Origin: a virus
IMG/VR virus record: IMGVR_UViG_3300031800_000001
Location: 52,087-116,086 of that record
Strand: one strand, 5' to 3'
Length of the DNA: 64,000 bases
The notes under the pieces were generated by a model that worked only from the letters and a program-made list of their open reading frames with translations, had not been told where the DNA came from and made no database searches. The translations under genes were made by a program, and so were the position numbers. The stretch's first letter is position 1; each line of letters starts with the position of its first letter. Below, one piece after another: positions 51,860-61,900 of the stretch.

Positions 51860-52968
51860 TGTATTATACATATAAAAATTGTACCGTACTTTTAAACAAT
51901 CGTTCTTTCGTTGCTGCTAATCTTTCGTTTGACATAAATGCCAATTTAGAAGCACGGTATTTTGCAAGTAAAAAATACTCTCATTTTTACCAAGCGTCGG
52001 AACCGATTCGTGGGACCATGTCTTTTACGTACTTTCTAACCGGGCAGGATTATTTTCATGATTTAATATATAAAGAAGACGTAGGAATAGAAGGAAACTT
52101 TGGGCAGATGAGCTTTCCTAGTGGACATCTTACAAGCTACAGGATAAGTGCGACGCCCAACCGTATGGCGCGGGCAGACGTAGAGATAGAGTTTTTTGAT
52201 TTTGAAGGCCAACTTGGGTCAGGCTCGTTTACGCCGAACACAGAAAAACCGAGCCAAGACAAAAAAATGCTAAACTTCTTGGACGCGACGATTAACGGTA
52301 CGGGTCTAACAGACGCTAACTCATTGGTGACAGACGCTTCATTCTCTTATTCAATGGAGGTAAGGCCCGTCTATAATTTAGTAACGGGGACAGGGCTCTA
52401 TAACATAAAGCCAGATAGCATCTCTTTCGGTCCAAAAAAATTAGAAACATCCGTGACCATCGATAACTTAAGTGGCGCTATGAGAATGCAGGGAGAAAAT
52501 ACGGTACTCGGAATAGAATTAAGAGACAGGGAAACGCGATCAAGACAGGTGTACTACGAGGCTAGGGGATTTACAAATGTAAAAAGTATACAAGCAGATA
52601 ATCAAAGTTTCGCAAAAAACTCAATACGGGTAACTCAAGAAGCTCCGAGCTTTTTAGCTCAAATAACGGGGCTCGTTGAGGACCACCCAGACAACGGAGG
52701 AGAAGGGTGGGGACCCACGGGTGGAGCGCCGGGGGACACGATAGACATAAGTGGAATAAATTTTTTAAGCTATCCAGATGTATGGATTGGTAATTTTGAG
52801 TTGTTTGAGTGCCAATATGTCCACGACAATTTAATAAGATTTGTAGTCCCAGAGGAAACGGCTGGAGGAGACGGGTACATATATTTAAAAAATGGAGATT
52901 ACGCCAACGCATCAACTATGGGATTTACGTCTTTATCTTCTAGTATATTAATAACCAGAATAAGGTAA
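51859..52968 (+). CDS. tail tube-like paralogue 3 with a C-terminal IPT/TIG domain
   Basis: SGHLTSYRISATPNRMARADVEI and ASFSYSMEVRPVY. The C-terminal GPTGGAPGDTIDISGINF...VWIG...DNLIRFVVP is IPT/TIG-like. Confidence 0.6.
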   Translation: MYYTYKNCTVLLNNRSFVAANLSFDINANLEARYFASKKYSHFYQASEPIRGTMSFTYFLTGQDYFHDLIYKEDVGIEGNFGQMSFPSGHLTSYRISATPNRMARADVEIEFFDFEGQLGSGSFTPNTEKPSQDKKMLNFLDATINGTGLTDANSLVTDASFSYSMEVRPVYNLVTGTGLYNIKPDSISFGPKKLETSVTIDNLSGAMRMQGENTVLGIELRDRETRSRQVYYEARGFTNVKSIQADNQSFAKNSIRVTQEAPSFLAQITGLVEDHPDNGGEGWGPTGGAPGDTIDISGINFLSYPDVWIGNFELFECQYVHDNLIRFVVPEETAGGDGYIYLKNGDYANASTMGFTSLSSSILITRIR

Positions 52969-52970
52969 GC

Positions 52971-55900
52971 ATGTCATCAGGAATAATAGGCCAGACAGTT
53001 AGGATCGAAGGGCAGGGGTTTGTCCAAATCGACAGCGTCTCTTTCCCCTTCGAGCCTAATACGGATGCCATTGGCGGGATAGATTATACTTTTGCTAATT
53101 TCTCTTGGGTCAATGAAGAACTATTAATTGCCACAATTCCAAATGGCGCTCAATGGGGGAATCCAAGGGTGGGTTCTTCGCTTAGGAAGCAAACGGGAAC
53201 CGCAGGCGAATTTTTTGTCCCTATGCCCCAAATTTTAGGGGTAACCACGGACAAACCAGAGCCCGGGTCGCAAATGAGCGTGAGTGGTCTGGGGCTATCG
53301 GGGGTTACTGGGGCATTTTTTGGCACAGGGCAATTGCCGGCGACAACCGTGCACAGCGGAATGGTCGATATAAATTTTCTACCGCTCACCGTTCCTTATG
53401 GACACATAGATGGGCCTTTGAAAATAGTGGGGCAAAGTGGGCTGAATGCCACATACCCCACGATGAAAACAAACGTCATTATTACGGGGGTTCAGCCCTC
53501 TTCTGGAGAAAGGCATAGACCCGGAGGGGGAGAACAGCCATTTGATGATATCGTAATTTCTGGAGAAAACTTTGCAACAGGGGCTCTTGTAAGGGCGTCA
53601 ACAGACCCCTCTAGTCAAGATTATAACCGTTGGTTGGTTGATTTCAATGGGGCAGAAACCGGATTTGGGCTAATAGGGACAACAGGATTAAGTGGTAAGA
53701 TACCTTCCAATGCGAACTCGGGCCTTCTGTCAATAAGAAATTCACTTGGGGGCTCTCACGCTAATGGAATTGATTTTTATGTGATTCCCGGACCACCTGT
53801 TCTATCGGCAATAGGTCCAGTCACTGGTAAACCCGCGGGTAGGCACGGAGGAAATCGGGATCATTCCATATTAATTAGTGAGGGTGACTACGTAACGCTG
53901 TCTGGAGAGTTTTTTGGCAACACTACAGGCTTATATGTCTATCCAATAGGACAAAGAGATGGGGATCATAAAGAAAACTTAATTAACCCACAGGTAATAG
54001 CATACGGAGCGAATAAAGACAATACCCGAATAGACTTTTCCCTGCCAACAGGAACGGGAAGATACAGAGACTGTGACGTAGTAATAGAAACGACAAGGGG
54101 GTCTGCAACCGGAGAAAGCTCTTTATACATAAAGTACCCTCCGTTCATAAAAGGATTTGAGCCAAAAAGCGAATTCAAAGGAAACAAGGTAGACATAACT
54201 GGTAGCGGATTTTTTGATGATTCCGAAACTAATGTATATTTTAGTGGGTTGGCTAGTCATGGAGGCTTCTCTGGAAATATAGGAGCAAGCATATCAGGAA
54301 TAGAGGGCACCCCTGATGCTGGTCTTCAGGTGATGAGCGTGTACGTTCCCGGCTTGTCTGAAGATTCTAACTTCTCCATAGTTGTGGATAACAGTGTTGG
54401 TAAATCCACAAGCCCAGAGGGGCAATATTTTGGGTTCTTTGCTGAACCAGAAATTTCTGGATTTTCTCCCACTTCTGGAACACATGGAACCACGGTAATA
54501 ATAAGCGGAACAAGCTTAGTAAACTTAGTCTCAATTTACCATGGTAATACACCAGTAACGACCTACTCTGTTCTGGGGTCAAGGGGAACTGGAATAAGTT
54601 TTCAAATACCCTCAAAGCACGCTTACTTAACTAATGATTATTTATATCGCGAACTCCAAGTCCCAATAAGGATATCAGCAGTAGGCGGATCAACAACCAC
54701 AGCGGAAAGGTTTCAAACAATACCGGATAGCATATTTTACAGTGGTCATTATCCAGACTTGGTTGCAAGAAACGATTTCCTAAAAATATCTGGTGCGAAT
54801 TTAGAATTAGTTACAGGAGTAAGGTTTACAGGAAAAAACGACACCCAGACAACAGTAGAAGTAGTCCCAGTAGGTTACTATTCCTTACTTGAGCCGACGG
54901 GATTTGGTTTTCCAAAGACAGGATTAAACATAAGAGTGCCGATAGACGCAGACGACGGCAAGCCTATGCTTATGGGCGAATTTACAAACTCGCAAAGCAT
55001 TCTGCCAATAGAGGTTTTTGAAATAGTAACACTGGACCTTGTTAAGCCCGGAACAGGCATATATGGGGATTCGATAATACTAAGCGGGACAGATACCCAT
55101 CAGTCCAAATATTGGTTTCAGGGGTATTCAAGTGGACACATGGATATGTCGAATATCTCTAGTGGGGTGGGGCAATTTACATCAGCACAACAAGGCCCCT
55201 CATTTTTAGTGACCCAAGGGGGCGGAATAGGGGGAGGAATTTTTGACCCAACTGTCGAGGTCAGACTAAACAAGCACCCAACGTGGGATTACATAAAACC
55301 ATTAAACGGAAATGATATATATAAGTATGGGGCAGATGGCGAAGAGTATGTAGAGCTTCAAATTCCAGCTTGTCTTCTTGAAGACACAAGATTGTTTACG
55401 TCAAGGCGAGATAAGGCGGATGTTGACCTTACTATAACTGACTATCAAGACCTGTCAACAACTATCTCTGCGTATCCAACGATATCTGGCATTTCAGCAA
55501 CAACAATTAGAGTAGGGCAAACATTATACATCTCAGGAATAAACGCCGAAAAAACCTTCATTAACGCTATAGGAATTAGTGGAACAGGACTAGCTCACCC
55601 CGGAGAAGAAGGCGGAGGAAATAGGGAAATAGAATTTGTTAGTAAATACAGCACAAGACAAGACTTGCTTTTCCAAGACGGAACCGAGGCTACTTGGTTT
55701 AATCTGGGGGATTATTTTATTCCGAATAGTCCATTTCAGTTGCTAGACAGCTCCGATCCATTAGGACACATATGGAACGCAGAGATAAGAAGGCACATAC
55801 ACACAAGCGGATTAAGAGACGAGGGCGTAGCTAAAACCGGCCTATACAACATACCAATAACCATATCAGACAATTTCGTAGGAACAGGGTTTTTATTCTT

Positions 55901-58900
55901 CTGGTTGGATGAAGACACTGTATACAAAAGTGGCCAAACAATTTTTGAACAAAGCTTCGCGAAACCGCTTAGGCAGTTATATAGGGAAAACATAGCGGGT
56001 ACGCCAAGATTTTACGACACGGTTGATGTAAATCAAGACGGGCAAGTAACTGCCGAAGACTTGTTCTACTGGAGCGGAGAAGCCGGAACCACAAATATCC
56101 ATAAGAAAGAGGGAAACTTTTATAGCGGATGGACAGGTACGGAGACTTACCAAAGATTAAGAAACGATTTATTATTCAAAATTCCAATTATAATCGAGCC
56201 AGAAATATTGGCCATAGGATTTACGGAACCCACAAGTGGATACCACGGCCAACAAATAAGGCTATACGGCACTGGACTGGCAAACATAACTGGCCTGTTC
56301 ATGAGAGACAGCGGGTATGGAATATCAAATTACAACCAATACGACGCCAGCAGTAGTTTAGCGAAAAGAGAATACAACAATTTGTATTTCCAGATTCCTT
56401 CTGACTTTCCAATTTCAGACGGCACAGGAAATGCAAGCGGAACACTGTTTGCTCAATCATCATTTTCATCAGACTCCAATGCCGACATGGGTTCTTTGGG
56501 GCTATTAAATGTTCTTAAGTCTCCAACAATAACGAGCTTCACCCCGAAAGAGGGGGTAGTCGGAAAAACAGTAGTCACTGTCTATGGGGAAATGCTGCAT
56601 TATACTTCTGATCTTCAGTTTATATCAAATTTAGATGGTGATTTACATAGTTCACCCGTATGGGACAAGGTGGGTGATGGAGCCGGCGGAACATACTTAA
56701 CCGGACTCGTTCCTACAGGGTTAGTTACATTCCCACAGGACTTCAAGATTAGGATAACTACCGATGAAGTTGGCGCAAGCTCAAGTCAACTTGGAGATTT
56801 CATAATATACGAGGGTGATACCACCATATATGGTAAATTAACCGTATTGGGGGATACGGTTGTAGAAAACGACGTCAACGTATCTGGAAGATACCTTGTC
56901 GACTCAGTGCCTATAGAGGACACAATAGAGCATAAGCTTCACAAAGCAATAATACTAGAGAATAAACTCCTCCACCTAAGCGCCGAAACAAAAAACAGTT
57001 ATACCGGTGACGGAACTTGGCAAGACCTCACTACGTACAACCACGATGCGACACTTTATAATTCTCCAGTACTAATCAACAGCACTCTTCAATTCGGGTG
57101 GGATGAAGGAAGAGTCCCGAAGGATCAGCACGCAATAATTCCAATAACAAACGACCTGAAGCCGGAAACATTTACGCTTGGGGTCATGTTTATGCCGCTG
57201 GAGGTAGGGGGAACGGTTGGAGATCCGCTTATACAGGTGCCCAATACTCATGGTACTATAGCGGCATCCTATGAGATAACCTACGACGTAAACAAGAGGT
57301 TTTATTCAAAAATAACATTTAATGAGGGGTCAGACACGAGTGATACATCGTCTACATTATTTACCGCCCCAGTAGAGACGGGCCAGTATTCTCTTGTTAA
57401 CACGACTTGGGATGGGAGTACTCACAGCCTATACCTGAATGGAAGCCTTGTTGGTTCGGACAGCGTGGGGTCAAAAACTATTAATTACGTGGACCCAAGC
57501 GTACCCGTAAAAGATTTTCATATACTAACGAACTCGACGGCGACAAAACACATCAAGGGGCTTCTAAGGAATGTCCACTTATATTCTGGAGCACTTTCAC
57601 AAGATAACGTTTATGAAAATTACAGAAGGCTTACCTCTATAGTGGTGCCGGAAAGAGACTTCGAAATATCAGGTGGTGCATTGCGGGTATCTGAATTTGG
57701 AAATACCGGGCACTTTGCTTTAATTAGAGACAATAAAATGTTCCTGTCTGGATCGGGGGCCCAATTTTTCATTAATGATGACGAGGTTTTGCCCGCATCC
57801 GAATACCTTTTTCAAAATATAACAGGAACCAATATACAGTTTGACCTTTCTGGAGTAAGAAGAGACTTGACTCTAAGGTTCGGGGAGGGAACAGGGGTTG
57901 GTAATATAGCCGGGTCCGCGTCTTATGTGGGAGACGGCGTAACGAATGCATTCCATCTTGAACTAACAGAAGACAACATTAAAAACGTTTGGGTTTCTCT
58001 TGATGGATCGACACTAACCCCGACCACGGACTACACAATAGACAATCTTACGGGGGTAGTCTTCCCCCAAGCACCAAAGGTGGCGGAGGAGGTGCTCATA
58101 CGGCAATTCACTGATACCGTGGTCCCGACACCAATTGAGTATAACATAAATCTGTTTATGACCGGGTCTGGCCAAAGGCTGACTATGACTGATTTGTCAA
58201 CCGGGACATCGATTCAATTCACGGGTAGCGTAGATTCGCTAGAGATAGAAAACTATAATATATACGACAGCGATGTAAGTATCACCGGCTCCGTATCTTC
58301 GGTAAGAAACGAGTATTCGGGGGTAACAACAAACATATATAACCAAGCCTTGGCTACGGCAACAAACCTGTTCAATGAGCCGGGCTCTGAAGTTAGAGCG
58401 TACTCAATAAATCCAAATGTGTTTGTAGCAAACGAGGGGTCAGTAAGTTATATCTCTGGGGGAGAAGATATAATCATATACTCCAATACCGGTCAGGGAA
58501 GGGTATATATAACCGGGGGTCGAGGCCACACGATAACCGGAAATGTTACCATGACTGGTGGCACACATACTGTCTCTACGGATGATGTACAAATTTATAA
58601 TTCGGTAAATACTATTTACCCCACTGGATCGACAAATATAAGCGGGACTTCGAATATAATTTATAATACCGGCGACGGGTTGATACAGTATATTTCGGGA
58701 ACAGATATTTCGATATTTGGGACTATAAGCGGCACGACACTAAGTACTAATGCATTTAATATAAATGATGGGGCAACGGCGTTCATAACCGGTACAAATC
58801 CAATCATAAATATAACAGGCGGCACGAACATTATGTCTCTTACGGGAGAGGCGATTATAACCGCTAATGCTTCTTTCTCTTTATCGAGCCTTACTGGAAC

Positions 58901-61900
58901 AACGGTAAACATTACCGGAAATGCTGGGTCAATACACAACGCGCAGCTTGTCACCGTGGAAGGTCCGGAAACAGTTTTCGCGAATGACAGCAACATCGTA
59001 AACATAACAGGTCATCAAATAAACAGTTTAGTGGTGAGCGGAAGAGGCTCTACCACAAACATAGAATTCGACACTGGTATTCTTTATTTTAGTGGAAACT
59101 TTTTCGATTCTAACACTCTGACCCTGCACACCGGAAGAATAGACGCTACGGGTATTAGTTTCGATATAAGGCAATCGCAAAACGTTCACGCAACGGGGGG
59201 GACAGTAGTCGTATCAAATTCTACGGGTGTATTTAGCGGAGTTAATATTAACGTGATTAGTTCCACGGGTGTGTTCTATTCTGCAAAAGAACAACCAATT
59301 AACATAACAGGGGGAACAAATTTGTTTACTTCTGGTACCGCCACTGTGTCAGGGAACTTGATGGCAACCAGCGGGGGTAACATAAGCGCGGTGATGACCA
59401 ATGCTCCGCATATAAGTTTCCATAATTCAACAGGGTCAATCACGGCAAACTCTGGGTCTGTGTTCGTAACGGGATCAATCGTGAACTTAAGCGGGCAAAC
59501 GAACTTCGTTACTGGCAATTACATTTTTGTGCAAAGTGGAGCCAGCATATTCAGCGGGGTTGAAATAGGGGTTACTGGGGGGGTCAATACCATAACAGTA
59601 CAAAGCGGGAGTGATTTATATGTAATAGGCGGATCGTCAAGCGCGCTTCTCAAAAGCGGTAATGTTTACATTACTGGGGGTGCAAATACGACGTACAATA
59701 TGCTCATTAATGAGGATGGCGGATACATGGCCATAACCGGCGACATAAACTATATAACCGGGGGGGTCATTCAGACAATCACAAGTAACCAAACAATTAT
59801 TTCTGGAGCAGTTGCGGAGAGCAACGTGGTGCGCAGCATCATTACGGAAAGCGCAGTGATCGGTAGGAGTACGGTCACCATAACTAATTCTGATGATATT
59901 ACCGTGGCTGCGGGAGCCGTAGTGGAAACAATTACAGATAATATAATTACAAATTTCACCCTAGAAGGGGGCTCTCCAAGAATCTACAGGGGTACTAGTA
60001 TATTTAATGATGTAACTGGCCTTATTGTCATAACCGGATTAGAGACTCTTAACATATCAGGCATGCAAAGCGGAGCCACCATAGGAATTACGGGGGATGG
60101 AATGAGCCTGTATAATCCATCCGGTGGCGTTGTCAACTTAACTGGCTCAAACTACAAAGTGTTTAATACCGGAGGAAACATTTTCATAACCGGTTCGGAT
60201 ATAACCGTATCTGGAGATCAGAATTTTGTAACCGGATTTGTAACCATTAATAACGGTTTCATAACTGGCAGTACCGTGACCATCACGGGGGATGGCACCA
60301 CTTACGTATCAGGCGGAAATATTGATGTCAATAGTTTAAACACTGAAATAAACGAGCTTAAAGATAGTATTCTACAATCTTTTGGAAACGCAAACATAGA
60401 CGAGTCAACGGTTTCTATGCTGTCGGCTGGAAACACTTATGTTTCTGGGTTCACGACAAGCGTGGTTGCTAACCCCGGTTCTACCACGTATATAACGGGT
60501 TCAAATATTGATCTTGATAACTTTGGGACAGTGTCGATAACTAATTCGACATACACAGATGTGACCGGCACGACTATCCTTATTACAGACGGAATAAATA
60601 CGGTATCGGGACAACAATTTTTTATAACCGGGGGAACAAACTACATAAGTGGGAATGACGTTAGGATAACCGGAGGCAATAACACAATAACAGGTACCGC
60701 ATATATAACGGGTACGACCTATTCTACAGGCATAGTCTATGCAACGGGTAATATTTACGCGACAGGAATTACTTACTCTACGGGCAACACATACGCAACC
60801 GGAACAACTTACGCAACCGGCGCAATATACACAACGGGGACAACCTACGCAACCGGCGTAATCTATGCGACGGGTACGATTTACGTGACAGGGACAACCT
60901 ATGCGACGGGTATAACTTACGCCACGGGAATCCAACACATAACGGGTACAGCTTATACAACGGGGACTCAATACATAAGTGGTACCACTTACGCCACAGG
61001 AACCCAATATATAACGGGAGAAAATATCTACACCACGGGGGTCAGTTATGTAACTGGGACAGTCTACGCAACTGGCACAATATACGCAACGGGAACGACC
61101 TACGCGACGGGGACAACCTACGCCACGGGAACCCAATATATAACGGGAGAAAATATCTACACCACGGGGGTCAGTTATGTAACTGGGACAACTTATTCCA
61201 CAGGCATAACCTATGCAACCGGGACCGTATACGCCACGGGTATCAACTACGTAACCGGGACGGCTTATGTAACAGGAACCACTAGTTATGTAACTGGAAC
61301 AGCCTACATTACTGGAACCAACAACTATGTAACTGGAACAGCCTACGTAACCGGCACGGCTTACACCACGGGTATTAATTACATAACCGGCACGGCTTAC
61401 ACCACGGGTATTAATTACATAACCGGCACGGCTTACACCACGGGTATCAATACTTACGTAACTGGTACGGCTTACGCTACGGGTATTAATATCTACGTAA
61501 CCGGCACGGCTAATATAACCGGGGGTCATAACTTCGTAACCGGAAGAGGCATAACCATTCAAAGTGGAACCATAGGGATAACGGGAATAGAGTCCGGCGC
61601 TATTCTTAATGTATATAGCTCAGATATAAGGATGACGGGTGATTGCAGCGGAGTGAATATACACGCCGGTGCACGACTTTTCTTAGCTGACACGGGGGTC
61701 ATAGACTTTACTAACTTTACAAATTTAGTCCTTGATGGAGGAACAGGATTCATAAGCGGGACGAACATTAGTGGTATACATATAACCGGGGGAATAACTC
61801 ATATCACGGGTACCATAAACGCAGACACAGGTATCGTAATATACGCCGGTGCGGAAGTGCATTTACACAATACGGGTGTCTATCATATTCCCGAGGGGGA

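Noticed and set aside
14491-52968. Contractile tail, tailocin/eCIS or gene transfer agent interpretation
   Set aside because: No sheath or baseplate wedge genes are recognisable. The lambda-like M/L/K/I/J set and neck genes indicate a non-contractile phage tail, and no bacterial housekeeping genes or integrase are present.
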